A stretch of 60,389 nucleotides of DNA, counting the filler. It is 8 parts of 8 records of this genome, joined end to end, with 100 filler letters (N's around TTAATTAATTAA, not from the genome) between each part and the next. Parts side by side here need not be neighbours in the genome. Positions count along the whole stretch, not along the records: positions 49,694 to 54,931 come from SRR31156797_47213; positions 55,032 to 60,389 come from SRR31156797_47389; 6 more parts are not named here. One strand, 5' to 3'. The notes under the pieces are model-generated. The model was given only the letters and a program-made list of their open reading frames with translations. It ran no database searches and was not told the DNA's origin. Both the position numbers and the translations under genes were made by a program. Below are positions 49,694 through 59,890 of the stretch, one piece after another (positions within the stretch are counted from its first letter, which is position 1; each line of letters begins with the position of its first letter).

Positions 49694-50536
49694 GACAAGC
49701 CGATTCTCTGTCTGAACTGTGCCGCCCTCTCAGAGAACCTGCTGGAAAGTGAACTGTTCGGTCATGAGAAAGGCGCCTTTACCGGTGCTGACCGGCTTCG
49801 CAAGGGACGCTTCGAACTGGCCGACAATGGCACGCTGCTGCTCGATGAAATTTCCGAGATGGCGCTTCCGCTGCAGGCGAAGTTCCTGCGTGTTCTCCAG
49901 GAGAGCGAGTTCGAGCGCGTCGGCAGCAGCATCACGCGACACGCCAGTGTACGTGTTATCGCAACGACCAACCGACAGCTTGAAGACTGGGTCGCGGAAG
50001 GCAAGTTCCGCAGCGACCTGTACTACCGCCTGAACGTGCTTCCGATTCACCTGCCTTCACTCCGAGAACGCAAAGAAGACATTCCCGCCCTGGTCACGCA
50101 CTTCCTCGGGCGTATCTCCCGCGAAACGGGACGTGCCCCATTGAAGGTTACTCCGGATGCGATGCGGATGTTCGAAGAGTATTCCTGGCCCGGCAACGTC
50201 CGCGAGCTGGAAAACATCTGCCAGCGGGCCGGCGTTCTTGTGACAGATGGTGTCGTAACCTGCGATGCACTTCGCGGCTGGCTCCGGGGCGAAACGGAAA
50301 GCATGACGGGCCTGGGTCACCTTCGGTACGGCCGAATGATCGACGACATGGAACGCCAGGTCATTGAGCAGGTCTTGCAGGAATACAACGGCCACCGCGA
50401 GAAGTCCGCCAAGGCGTTGGGCATCGGTGTCCGGACACTGGGGATGAAGATCAAGCGATGGCGGGAAGACGCGGAAGCCGAGCGGAGGGAAGCGGCCCAG
50501 ACGACCAAGCGTGAGCTAGTCGCCGCGACGGTGTAA
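49694..50536 (+). CDS. Sigma-54-dependent enhancer-binding regulator (5' truncated)
   Basis: [47 protein letters not shown], Fis-type HTH. Confidence 0.95.
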   Translation, partial: DKPILCLNCAALSENLLESELFGHEKGAFTGADRLRKGRFELADNGTLLLDEISEMALPLQAKFLRVLQESEFERVGSSITRHASVRVIATTNRQLEDWVAEGKFRSDLYYRLNVLPIHLPSLRERKEDIPALVTHFLGRISRETGRAPLKVTPDAMRMFEEYSWPGNVRELENICQRAGVLVTDGVVTCDALRGWLRGETESMTGLGHLRYGRMIDDMERQVIEQVLQEYNGHREKSAKALGIGVRTLGMKIKRWREDAEAERREAAQTTKRELVAATV

Positions 50537-50540
50537 GACC

Positions 50541-50571
50541 GGCAGAAATTGCGCGAGGCGCAAAAACTGCC
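50541..50571. promoter_or_regulatory. Inverted repeat, candidate upstream activator sequence
   Basis: GGCAG-AAA-TTGCGC-gag-GCGCAA-AAA-CTGCC, about 60-90 bp upstream of a -24/-12 element. Confidence 0.45.
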
Positions 50572-50625
50572 TGCCTGTCCGAGAGGAAAACAGTGATTCC
50601 GGGCTGGAATCGAGGATTTTCCGTG

Positions 50626-50641
50626 CTGGAACGGGGGATGC
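50626..50641 (+). promoter_or_regulatory. Sigma-54 (-24/-12) promoter of the flgB operon
   Basis: CTGGAACGGGGGATGC with exact GG-N10-GC spacing, 54 bp before the flgB ATG. Confidence 0.6.
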
Positions 50642-50694
50642 CGCGAAATGTGCGAGAGACACTGCGCGATCACGCAGAAAGGAGACGCAACGCG

Positions 50695-51129
50695 ATGTTT
50701 TTTGAAGAACTGATCATGCGAAACAACACGGCAGCGATGGTTGCCACCGCTTCGTATACCGAGGCTCGTCACCGGATGATCGCCGAGAACATCGCGAACT
50801 TCGGCGTTCCTGACTACAAAACCCAACAGCTCGACACGAACGACTTCCAGAAAGCCCTGGCCGAAGCGTACGAAGCACGCTCTCCCCAGCAGTTAGAACG
50901 TCCGTTCGAGGTGGACGGTGACCAAGTGAAATCCACGGGCAACGGAACCGTCCGGATCATGCCCGGACACGAACCGGTCGAGAACATCCTCTTCCATGAC
51001 GGCACCAACCAATCACTGGAAAAGCAGATGTCGGACCTGGCGGAAAATAACCTGATGCACGAGATGGTCAACACGTTGATGAAAAGCCGCTTTGACAGTC
51101 TGCGCAGTGCAATCGCAGGACGGATGTAA
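50695..51129 (+). CDS. flgB: Flagellar basal-body rod protein FlgB
   Basis: SD AAAGGAGA; IAENIANFGVPDYK; HDGTNQSLEKQM; precedes flgC. Confidence 0.88.
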   Translation: MFFEELIMRNNTAAMVATASYTEARHRMIAENIANFGVPDYKTQQLDTNDFQKALAEAYEARSPQQLERPFEVDGDQVKSTGNGTVRIMPGHEPVENILFHDGTNQSLEKQMSDLAENNLMHEMVNTLMKSRFDSLRSAIAGRM

Positions 51130-51162
51130 TTGATGCTGGTCATGAACCAGGAGTAACCAGAT

Positions 51163-51582
51163 ATGTTCGGATCACTTGACGTCAGTACTTCAGCCTTGCG
51201 GGCTCAGCGTATCCAGCTGGATACGATTGCCGGCAACCTGGCGAACATGAACGCCACCCGCGACGCGGATGGCAACCCTGTCCCCTACCGCCGTCGCGTA
51301 GCGATGATGGCGAGCGGGAATCCTGCCGAAGGCCGCAACGCCCCTGGCGTTCACGTTACGAAAATCGTGAAAGACCCTTCGCCGTTCAACCTGGTTCACG
51401 ATCCGGATCATCCGGACGCGATCAAGGAAGGGCCGAAGGCGGGTTACGTTCAGATGCCCAACGTCGAGATGAGTACCGAAATGATCAACGCGATGTACGC
51501 GACCCGGATATACGAAGCCAACGTAACCGTGATGGACGCGACCAAAGCGATGATTTCATCGAGTTTGAGACTGATCGGATAA
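51163..51582 (+). CDS. flgC: Flagellar basal-body rod protein FlgC
   Basis: IAGNLAN, PYRRR, DPDHPDA, GYVQMPNV, YEAN. Confidence 0.95.
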   Translation: MFGSLDVSTSALRAQRIQLDTIAGNLANMNATRDADGNPVPYRRRVAMMASGNPAEGRNAPGVHVTKIVKDPSPFNLVHDPDHPDAIKEGPKAGYVQMPNVEMSTEMINAMYATRIYEANVTVMDATKAMISSSLRLIG

Positions 51583-51602
51583 GAATCCGAGGAGGATAAG
51601 CC

Positions 51603-51914
51603 ATGACCACACCGATTCATGGAATGCAGGGAGCCGACCCGCTTGGGCTGATCAAGTCCACCGGGGGGGCCAAGACAGGTCAGCCCGTCGAGGGTGCAAG
51701 CTTCAAAGACGTGATGATGCAGAGCCTCGAAGAGGTGAACAGTCTGCAGCAGGAAGCGAACAACCAGATCCAGGCGCTGCTTACCGGCGAAACCCAGGAT
51801 ACCGCCGAGGTCTTCGCCGCGGTGAACAAAGCGGGTGTCGCTTTTGACCTGTTGATGGAAGTTCGCAACAAGCTGATCGAAAGCTACCAGGAACTCCAGC
51901 AGATGCGTGTCTAA
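51603..51914 (+). CDS. fliE: Flagellar hook-basal body protein FliE
   Basis: EVRNKLIESYQELQQMRV C-terminus. Confidence 0.95.
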   Translation: MTTPIHGMQGADPLGLIKSTGGAKTGQPVEGASFKDVMMQSLEEVNSLQQEANNQIQALLTGETQDTAEVFAAVNKAGVAFDLLMEVRNKLIESYQELQQMRV

Positions 51915-51959
51915 GGGGACGCGTAAAACCGAATCATTGAGTTATCGAGGTAATCGAGA

Positions 51960-53645
51960 ATGAATTCACTGCGGCAAATGCTGGATCGAATCGCTGAGAA
52001 CCTGGGCAAGTTGAATCCTTCCCAGAAGATCGCGATCGGCATGTGCGCGATTGTTGTTGCCGGTTCACTGGCCTGGCTCTTTTCCTGGTCTGCGACGCCT
52101 GACATGGCTCCGCTTCTGGCTCAGGACATGAGCTATGAGGAACTGGATGCCGCCGAACAGGCATTGCGGGCCAACAATATCGCATTCACGACACGCGGCC
52201 AGCGTCTCTATGTTGAACCCGGCCAGCGGCAAAACGCCATGCGGCTTCTGAGTCAGAGCGGTGCTCTTCCTGAAGACACAACGATGGGGTTTGAATCGGT
52301 GATCCAGGATTCTTCGCCTTTCCAGACCCAGTCGGATGCCCGTTTCAAACAGACGGTTGCTCTTCAGAACGAACTGGCGGGGATCATCGCGACCTCTCCG
52401 AATGTCGAGCGTGCAGCTGTTTTTATCCAGATGCAGGCCAAGCGGACCTTCGGTCCGGACAACACCAAGCCGACAGCATCGATCAAGGTAACCCCTGCCC
52501 GCGGGCAGGTCATCAACATGGCCAACGTGCAGGCCTGGGCGAGCCTGGTAGCCGGCTCGGTCAAGGGATTGAATCCCTGGAGCGTGAACGTCACGGACGG
52601 TATTCGTTCCTACAAGGTTCCGGGTCCCGAAGAAGCGATGGCCTCGGAGCTGCTCGACCAGAAGCGCAAGCAGGAAGAAGACTACGTCAAGAAGATTCAG
52701 AATCAACTGGCGTATATTCCCAACGCCCTGGTATCGGTGACGGTCGCCCTGGACAACTCACGTCGGACTTCACGGGAAACGTTGTACGACAAATCCCGTC
52801 CGAAATCGGAAGAGACACTCAAAGAAGAAACCACGTCCGGTCGCCAGCCCGGCGAAGAGGGCGTGAATCCGAACGTGGGCGTGGGCTTGACCGCAAATGC
52901 ATCGGGCAGTGGACAGAAGAAAGACGAAGGCAAAACTGAATTCTACGATTCCAAAGTTGCGAAGGTCCAGGATACGCAGGAAATCGCTCCGAGCCTGAAA
53001 CGTGTCACGGCGAGCATCGGAATTCCGCGGAGTTTCCTGGTCAGTATTTTCAAGTCCCAGCCTGGCAACGAAAAGATAGAAGATCCTCCCGAAGGGAATC
53101 CCGTATTTGAAGAACTGAAGAAAGCCCAGTTGCAGCAGGTCCGTCAACTGGTCCGCACCATCATCATGGCAGAAATGGATGAAGACGTTCAGGTTTCGCA
53201 GTACTACGACTTTGACAACGAGACCGGCCAACTCCGTGACGGCCCCGGTGGTCTTGCTACTGCAGGACTCGCCGAAGATGGCGGAGCCATGGCTGTCATC
53301 GAAGGTTCGTGGCCCGAGATCATGATGGGCGGCATGGCGCTGTTTGCCATGGGCATGATGCTGATGCTTGTTCGCAAGAGCAGCAAAGCCGCCGAAGCGA
53401 TTCCGCTGCCCCCGATGCCTGAAGATGAGATTGAAGAAGAACTGGTCACGGGACCGGATGGAGTGCTGCATGTCGGCGGTGGAACCGTTGGTATGGCAGA
53501 CTCTCCGGACGGTGTACTGATCGGGCAGGAAGTCGACGAAGACACGCTTCGGTTCAGCCAGTTGGGCGACCAGGTTTCGCGTCTCGTCAGCGAAAGTCCC
53601 GATATTGCCACCGACCTTCTGCGTCGCTGGATCGAACAGGATTAA
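51960..53645 (+). CDS. fliF: Flagellar M-ring protein FliF
   Basis: Two TMs, ALQNELAGII, KPTASI, C-terminal LLRRWI; between fliE and fliG. Confidence 0.88.
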   Translation: MNSLRQMLDRIAENLGKLNPSQKIAIGMCAIVVAGSLAWLFSWSATPDMAPLLAQDMSYEELDAAEQALRANNIAFTTRGQRLYVEPGQRQNAMRLLSQSGALPEDTTMGFESVIQDSSPFQTQSDARFKQTVALQNELAGIIATSPNVERAAVFIQMQAKRTFGPDNTKPTASIKVTPARGQVINMANVQAWASLVAGSVKGLNPWSVNVTDGIRSYKVPGPEEAMASELLDQKRKQEEDYVKKIQNQLAYIPNALVSVTVALDNSRRTSRETLYDKSRPKSEETLKEETTSGRQPGEEGVNPNVGVGLTANASGSGQKKDEGKTEFYDSKVAKVQDTQEIAPSLKRVTASIGIPRSFLVSIFKSQPGNEKIEDPPEGNPVFEELKKAQLQQVRQLVRTIIMAEMDEDVQVSQYYDFDNETGQLRDGPGGLATAGLAEDGGAMAVIEGSWPEIMMGGMALFAMGMMLMLVRKSSKAAEAIPLPPMPEDEIEEELVTGPDGVLHVGGGTVGMADSPDGVLIGQEVDEDTLRFSQLGDQVSRLVSESPDIATDLLRRWIEQD

Positions 53646-53678
53646 CCAGACTCCAGGCGTTTGCCAAAGGAGATAGCT

Positions 53679-54707
53679 GTGTCTGAAGCTGCAATCGAAG
53701 AAGCCAAGAAGTTATCCGGTGCCCGCAAATCCGCTATTCTCGTACTCGCATTGGATGCCGAAGTGGCAGCCAATGTGCTCAAGGGAATGGAGAACGATGA
53801 GGTCGAAACGATAACGCGTGAAATCGCATCGATCGACCTGGTCCAGCCGGATGTCCGAGGTGTTGTCGTAGAAGAATTCTACAACCTGGCTTTGGCCCGT
53901 CAGTACGCTGAGACCGGTGGTCTCGGTTATGCACGGATGCTCCTGGAGAAAGCACTGCCTGCAGACGAAGCGTTTCGGATCATGGAGCAGATCGAGCATA
54001 CGGTCTACAAGCAGCCGTTTGCATTCCTGGGCAAGACCGAAGGTGAAAGTCTCCTGGAGTTTATCCAGGACGAACATCCTCAAACGATTGCCCTGATTGT
54101 AGCCCACCTTCCGCCGAGCAAGGCGAGCGAGATTCTCGCGGGTCTCCCGCAATCCAAGCAGATCGAAGTGGTCAGCCGCGTCGCGAACATGGACCAGACC
54201 AACCCGGAAATGATCAAGGAAGTCGAGAAGGGTCTGGAGATGCGTCTTTCGGGTCTCGTGTCGCAGACCTTCGAAAAAGCCGGTGGTGTCGAGGCGGTTG
54301 CCGAAGTGCTCAACCTGGCGGACCGTTCGACGGAAAAGGCGATTCTCGAAGCACTCGAGAGCGAAGACCCGGACCTGGTCGAACAGATTCGCCGCCTGAT
54401 GTTCGTCTTCGAAGACATCATGCTCATCGACGACAAGGGTGTCCAGGCGGTTCTCAAGGAGATCGAGAACGAAGAACTGGCCCTGGCCCTGCGAACGGCC
54501 AACCCGGAACTCAAGGAAAAGATTTTCAAGAACATGTCCGAGCGTGCTGCCCAGATGATCCAGGAAGACATGGAATACATGGGCCCGGTTCGCGTATCGG
54601 ATGTGGAATCCGCCCAGCAGCGGATCGTCGACGTGGTTCGTCGTCTCGAGGATGCCGGCGAGATCATTATCTCCGGCCGTGGCGGCGACAAGGATGCGGT
54701 GATCTAG
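53679..54707 (+). CDS. fliG: Flagellar motor switch protein FliG
   Basis: GTG start after SD AAGGAG; EHPQTIALI, MFVFED, NMSERAA, GPVRVSDVE. Confidence 0.96.
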   Translation: MSEAAIEEAKKLSGARKSAILVLALDAEVAANVLKGMENDEVETITREIASIDLVQPDVRGVVVEEFYNLALARQYAETGGLGYARMLLEKALPADEAFRIMEQIEHTVYKQPFAFLGKTEGESLLEFIQDEHPQTIALIVAHLPPSKASEILAGLPQSKQIEVVSRVANMDQTNPEMIKEVEKGLEMRLSGLVSQTFEKAGGVEAVAEVLNLADRSTEKAILEALESEDPDLVEQIRRLMFVFEDIMLIDDKGVQAVLKEIENEELALALRTANPELKEKIFKNMSERAAQMIQEDMEYMGPVRVSDVESAQQRIVDVVRRLEDAGEIIISGRGGDKDAVI

Positions 54708-54731
54708 CGGACGATCCGGCTGGATCGTTGA

Positions 54732-54931
54732 TTGAACGAGCTGACCCGGACAGCGTTTCCGGGATTGAATACGGAGGCACTCGTGCCAGCAGTCATCAAG
54801 GCAGGACAACTGAATCCACAGTTCGAGCCCGGTTTACGGACGGTAGACCTGCACGACCACATCGTTCAGGCTGACGGGATCATCACCGAGGCGACAAACC
54901 GTGCAAAAGCGATGATCGAAACGGCTACGCA
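54732..54931 (+). CDS. fliH: FliH-like protein N-terminus (truncated)
   Basis: Position directly after fliG and a coiled-coil onset; assigned mainly by synteny. Confidence 0.55.
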
Positions 54932-55150
54932 NNNNNNNNNNNNNNNNNNNNNNNNNNNNNNNNNNNNNNNNNNNNTTAATTAATTAANNNNNNNNNNNNN
55001 NNNNNNNNNNNNNNNNNNNNNNNNNNNNNNNTGACACCACTCCGTAAATAAAACTTCATATCACGAGGTGTTAATACCGTCTAAGGCTACCTGCGCTTCA
55101 TGTCGAATTAAGCAACAAAGCCAGTTGGAGAGTTACGGTAAAGTAAGGCC

Positions 55151-55181
55151 TTGACCTGTGCCTTAGACATAGGTCTAGACT
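55151..55181 (+). promoter_or_regulatory. MerR/CueR-type promoter-operator
   Basis: -35 TTGACC, 19-bp spacer, -10 TAGACT; dyad ACCTGTG-N7-CATAGGT. Confidence 0.8.
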
Positions 55182-55310
55182 ACAAATGAGCATGTGACCT
55201 AGGTTTAGACGATGGTAAAAAATGACACAGATTAGTGTGGTGCTTTGTCCAAAAACAGTTGGTACCAGCCAAAAAAACAACCTTCGGAAGGCTAAGAGAA
55301 GGAGAAAACT

Positions 55311-57557
55311 ATGATCACAGAATTAACGGAACAACAATTATTGATTGAAGGCGCGAGTTGTGCCAGTTGTGTCGGCAAAATAGAAGCCGCACTGAATCAT
55401 ACACCGGGCGTTCAGAGTGCAGAGATGAACTTTGCAGACAGAACCGTTCTGGTATCTGGTACAGCGGATACTCAATCATTGATCAAAGCTGTAGAATCTG
55501 TTGGGTACAACGCTAAACCTCTCGACGAAGATACTACGGATACAGATACTCTTGATGAAAAAGAAGCTGCCGATTGGGCGTATTACAAAAAATTGATGCG
55601 AGATACTTTTATTGCGCTTTCGCTCGGTGTCCCTTTGATGGTCTACAGCATTATTGTCGGTGAAATGACAGTTGAAACCGATATAGAGAGGTTGTCATGG
55701 TTAGTCGTTGGCCTGCTAACGCTAGGAGTGATGTTCTTTTCCGGCAGGCATTTCTACATAGGCGCGTGGAAAAGTTTTAAAAATCACTCTGCCAATATGG
55801 ATACACTGATCGCATTAGGTACAGGTACCGCATGGGTTTATTCAATGGTTGTCGTGTTTTTTCCCGACGCCGTTCCACTGATGGCTCGGCACGTTTATTT
55901 TGAAGCCACCGCCATGATCATCGGTTTGATTGATTTAGGCTTAGCGCTCGAAATAAAAGCCAGAGGGAAAACCTCAGAAGCCATCAAGCGTCTTATCGGA
56001 TTGCAAGCCAAAACAGCGATCGTCATTCGTGACAACAAAGAAGTTCAAATAGATATTAAGCAGGTTTTACTTAACGATGTAGTGAAAGTAAAACCGGGTG
56101 AAAAAATTCCTGTCGATGGTGTTGTACTTGAAGGGCATACTTCTATTGATGAATCGATGCTCACCGGTGAACCTATGCCAGTTGAAAAAGTTAAAGAGGA
56201 CGAAGTTGTCGCCGGTACGTTGAACAAATCTGGCATGATTTTATTTAGAGCGACACGCGTTGGCAAAGATACTGCGCTGGCACAAATCATTAATATGGTG
56301 AAACGAGCACAAAACTCCAAACCACCGATAGGTCGATTAGCCGATGTGATTTCAGCGTATTTTGTCCCTGTGGTGATGATCATTTCAATATTAAGTGCTC
56401 TTGCATGGCTTAACTTTGGGCCAGAGCCTGCGATTGCTTTTGCCATCGTTTCTGCAACCACAGTGTTAATCATCGCTTGTCCATGTGCACTAGGCTTAGC
56501 GACGCCTATGTCTGTTATGGTCGGGGTTGGAAAAGCAGCAGAGGCAGGCGTACTCATTCGCAACGGAGAAGCGCTACAAACCGCCTCTAAAATCACTGCC
56601 ATGATTTTAGATAAAACAGGCACGATTACCGAAGGAGCACCTAAAGTAACCGATATCGTTTTAACGCATGCTATAGACGAAAAAAACGTGTTGCAGCTTG
56701 CCGCTAGTTTAGAAAGCGGCTCAGAGCATCCTCTCGCACAAGCGATTGTTGAAAGTGCTTTAGAAAAAGGGGTTAAATTACTAAAAATTGAAGCGTTTAA
56801 CGCCATAACGGGGTTTGGTGTAGAAGCAACCTGTGAAGGTAACATCTTATATTTTGGCAACGATAAACTAATGAAAACAAAAGGTATCGACCTGTCTAAC
56901 TACACAAAGCAGGCACAATCCTTAGCCAAAGAAGCCAAAACTCCCATGTACTTTGCTATCAATGGCGAGCTTGCAGCAATTATTGCCGTTGCCGATCCGA
57001 TTAAGTCTGATTCTATTTCAGCGATCAAGCGACTTCAGGCAAATGGAATACGGGTCATAATGTTAACAGGTGACAACAAGGAAACTGCTGCGGCTGTGGC
57101 TAAAAAAGCAGGGATTAACGAATTTTTAGCAGAAGTGCTTCCTGAGGATAAAGCCAAGAAGGTTCAAGAACTTCAAAACAGTGGAGAAATCGTTGGTATG
57201 ACAGGCGATGGTATCAACGATGCCCCAGCTCTGGCATTAGCCGACGTAGGTTTTGCAATAGGCACAGGTACAGACGTAGCGATTGAAAGCGCAGATATAA
57301 CCCTAATGCGTGGCTCTCTTCACGGGCTCGCTGATGCGATAGCAGTGAGTAAAGCGACACTGAAAAATATCAAGCAAAACTTGTTTGGCGCGTTTGTATA
57401 TAACGTAGCGGGAGTCCCTTTTGCAGCAGGTATTCTTTACCCCTTCTTTGGCATGCTACTGAGTCCTGTCATTGCGGGGGCGGCAATGGCGTTTTCGTCA
57501 TTAACTGTGGTGTCAAATGCCAATCGACTACGTTTATTTAAAGCCAAAGACCACTAA
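55311..57557 (+). CDS. copA: Cu(I)-translocating P1B-type ATPase
   Basis: [33 protein letters not shown] and MAFSS. Confidence 0.95.
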   Translation: MITELTEQQLLIEGASCASCVGKIEAALNHTPGVQSAEMNFADRTVLVSGTADTQSLIKAVESVGYNAKPLDEDTTDTDTLDEKEAADWAYYKKLMRDTFIALSLGVPLMVYSIIVGEMTVETDIERLSWLVVGLLTLGVMFFSGRHFYIGAWKSFKNHSANMDTLIALGTGTAWVYSMVVVFFPDAVPLMARHVYFEATAMIIGLIDLGLALEIKARGKTSEAIKRLIGLQAKTAIVIRDNKEVQIDIKQVLLNDVVKVKPGEKIPVDGVVLEGHTSIDESMLTGEPMPVEKVKEDEVVAGTLNKSGMILFRATRVGKDTALAQIINMVKRAQNSKPPIGRLADVISAYFVPVVMIISILSALAWLNFGPEPAIAFAIVSATTVLIIACPCALGLATPMSVMVGVGKAAEAGVLIRNGEALQTASKITAMILDKTGTITEGAPKVTDIVLTHAIDEKNVLQLAASLESGSEHPLAQAIVESALEKGVKLLKIEAFNAITGFGVEATCEGNILYFGNDKLMKTKGIDLSNYTKQAQSLAKEAKTPMYFAINGELAAIIAVADPIKSDSISAIKRLQANGIRVIMLTGDNKETAAAVAKKAGINEFLAEVLPEDKAKKVQELQNSGEIVGMTGDGINDAPALALADVGFAIGTGTDVAIESADITLMRGSLHGLADAIAVSKATLKNIKQNLFGAFVYNVAGVPFAAGILYPFFGMLLSPVIAGAAMAFSSLTVVSNANRLRLFKAKDH

Positions 57558-57568
57558 GGAGAATATCT

Positions 57569-57922
57569 ATGATGGTGATTAATTTATCCGGCTTAGCATT
57601 AATCGCGCTTATTGTTTGGTGGTTCTGGTTATACAAACCTGCTAAAACTATTGTTAAAAACAATGAAGTGGTAATTGAAGTGAAGGATGGGGTCTATTCG
57701 CCATCATCAATTCAATTGAACGCAAATCAACCTATTTCACTTAAATTTTTACGCAAAGATCAAACACCCTGTTCTGAGACTCTGCTAATTCCATCATTAG
57801 AAATAAGTGAACAGCTTAAACTTAATTCTGAAACATCAATAACACTGTCTAGCTTATCTCCTGGTGAATACGAATTTCATTGTCAAATGCAGATGTATCG
57901 CGGTGTCTTAAAGGTGGTTTAG
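57569..57922 (+). CDS. Membrane-anchored cupredoxin-domain protein (CupA-like)
   Basis: N-terminal TM, PCSE, EFHCQMQMYRG. Confidence 0.88.
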   Translation: MMVINLSGLALIALIVWWFWLYKPAKTIVKNNEVVIEVKDGVYSPSSIQLNANQPISLKFLRKDQTPCSETLLIPSLEISEQLKLNSETSITLSSLSPGEYEFHCQMQMYRGVLKVV

Positions 57923-57963
57923 ATAAATGTATGCTTAAAACTTACAGCCAGTAGGAGATCAAC

Positions 57964-58299
57964 ATGAAAAATGAAATCCCTAAATTCTGGTCAACGCCGA
58001 CAGGCTGGGCTGCTCTGGCACTGATTGCCGCAGCAACTTACTTCTTGGTGTTTGAACATGGGCAACATGTCCTGCTATTTCTTCCCTATTTAATTTTATT
58101 GTTATGTCCTTTGATTCACGTATTTATGCACAGCAGTCATGGCAAGGATGGACACAATCATTCACACACAACTGAACACGATAAGAAAGAGAACTTTCAA
58201 GAACTTAGTGAAAAGAACGCAGCCTACCGCGATGGCTACATACAAGGACTAGAAGAAGGACGTAAAACATCGCACAAAAAGGAGAACAACCATGAATGA
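57964..58299 (+). CDS. DUF2933-like His-rich membrane protein
   Basis: EHGQHV..LPYLILLLCPLIHVFMHSSHG. Confidence 0.8.
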   Translation: MKNEIPKFWSTPTGWAALALIAAATYFLVFEHGQHVLLFLPYLILLLCPLIHVFMHSSHGKDGHNHSHTTEHDKKENFQELSEKNAAYRDGYIQGLEEGRKTSHKKENNHE

Positions 58300-58927
58300 G
58301 ACCTATGATTATGGCTTATGGTCAATGGTGATACTGAACTCAGCGATTTTTATCTTTTTTGCTTTTAGTTTTATCAAACCCAAAACATCAACTGACTGGC
58401 GAAGTCTTGGTGCATTTTCTGCGTTCATAGTTGCCCTATTTACTGAAATGTATGGGTTTCCATTAACTATCTATTTCTTGTCTGGATGGTTGACTAAAAA
58501 TTACCCAGAAGTAAACTTCTACGCACACGAAAATGGGCACTTATTGCATACCTTCTTTGGTTTTGAAGGCGATGCTCATTGGGATCTGTTCCACATTGCA
58601 AGCATGGTGTTTATCGTTACTGGCTTCTTTATCTTGTCATCAGCGTGGAACGTACTTCATCACGCACAAAAGCAACATCAACTTGCGACTACAGGATGGT
58701 ATGCAAGATGCCGTCATCCCCAATACGTAGCATTTATTCTCATCATGTTCGGCTTTTTGTTGCAGTGGCCGACGATTCCCACTCTCGTGATGTTTCCAAT
58801 TTTAGTGGTTGTATATGTCAAACTGGCTAGGCGTGAAGAGGCTTATGCTATTTCTGAGTTCGGAGAAAAGTACCGTGACTATATGAACACAACCTCAAGT
58901 TGGATTCCAAATTTCAAAAAAAACTAA
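58292..58927 (+). CDS. Isoprenylcysteine carboxyl methyltransferase (ICMT/PEMT)-family membrane protein
   Basis: ALFTEMYGFPLT, LATTGWYARCRHPQY, REE..EFGEKYRDY. Confidence 0.88.
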   Translation: MNETYDYGLWSMVILNSAIFIFFAFSFIKPKTSTDWRSLGAFSAFIVALFTEMYGFPLTIYFLSGWLTKNYPEVNFYAHENGHLLHTFFGFEGDAHWDLFHIASMVFIVTGFFILSSAWNVLHHAQKQHQLATTGWYARCRHPQYVAFILIMFGFLLQWPTIPTLVMFPILVVVYVKLARREEAYAISEFGEKYRDYMNTTSSWIPNFKKN

Positions 58928-58990
58928 GAAAGTAAAAAGCATGAATCAAAAGCGATAGAATTATTCTCATTCACATTAGGAGATAACATA

Positions 58991-59362
58991 ATGAGCGATT
59001 TAGATCATAGAGTCGGTGTCAGAGAGCAGAACTTAGTAGTGCGCAATCTGAGGTTAAGTAATGTTACCCAAATAAATTGCGATGCTCTCATTGAAGAAAT
59101 AGACCGTGTATTTGGTATTGATGAAGTGAGTTACAACATAAAAGATGGTGAGATACATCTCGCGTATGACGCTGTAAATATCAATCTTGATGGGATTGAA
59201 GAGCTCATTAAAAAGCATGGTGCTGATGTTCATGATGATTGGTGGACAAAAACTAAAGATAGTTACTACAAGTTTGTTGACCAAAATGTTAGAGACAACG
59301 CGAAACACGAGCCTTGGAGTTGTCACTCAATACCTCCAAAGACTCACAAGAAGAATAAATAG
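58991..59362 (+). CDS. Small HMA-like fold protein of copper clusters
   Basis: Ferredoxin-like pattern (GIDEV..LAYDA), C-terminal HEPWSCH; SD AGGAGA. Confidence 0.6.
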   Translation: MSDLDHRVGVREQNLVVRNLRLSNVTQINCDALIEEIDRVFGIDEVSYNIKDGEIHLAYDAVNINLDGIEELIKKHGADVHDDWWTKTKDSYYKFVDQNVRDNAKHEPWSCHSIPPKTHKKNK

Positions 59363-59437
59363 CACAAACCGTTTCACTTTCACTGAGAACTAACTCTGAT
59401 TAAAGCTAATACATATTGGTCGGTTTAAAGGAGAGGT

Positions 59438-59686
59438 ATGAGGAAAGTTCGCGAAAATGCACTTTCCGTCGCTTGTGCGGCAGTATTTGGCCTGATTGGA
59501 TTATTTGCTCCGAACTGGTAATTATATTGCCAACAATGATGTCAAATATTAAAAGTAACATGTTGCATACTGATTGAAATACAATGGGATGGCACATATC
59601 TACATTTGGTGTAATTGTGGGAGGCATTTTATGGGCTTAATTACCAAGCGACTTTGTCATTACAATAACTACCGAAGGAAATTGAC
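59438..59686 (+). pseudogene. Decayed small Met/His membrane protein gene (DUF5676-like)
   Basis: SD AAAGGAGAGG plus ATG 59438: MRKVRENALSVACAAVFGL, frameshift, WIICSELVIILPTMMSNIKSNMLHTD*NTMGWHISTFGVIVGGILWA*. Confidence 0.6.
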
Positions 59687-59890
59687 GAAAAACCCTAACG
59701 TATTACTAGCAGCTCTGTTCATGCTCATCCCTATTCTCCTTACCTTTCCTCATAGAGCTAACATTTTATTTTAGTGTTTATCCTTGGGAGAATATTTCGC
59801 TTCAGATTCATGATCCATCATCACGGTGCCGCCCATAGATTGGTTTTCCTAGAATTTTTCATAGCATAATCCTTAATAGGTTGTAGTCGT

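Noticed and set aside
5091-55031. Recurrent TTAATTAATTAA within N-runs as a biological repeat, and gene links across the spacers
   Set aside because: Artificial concatenation linkers; adjacency across them has no biological meaning.
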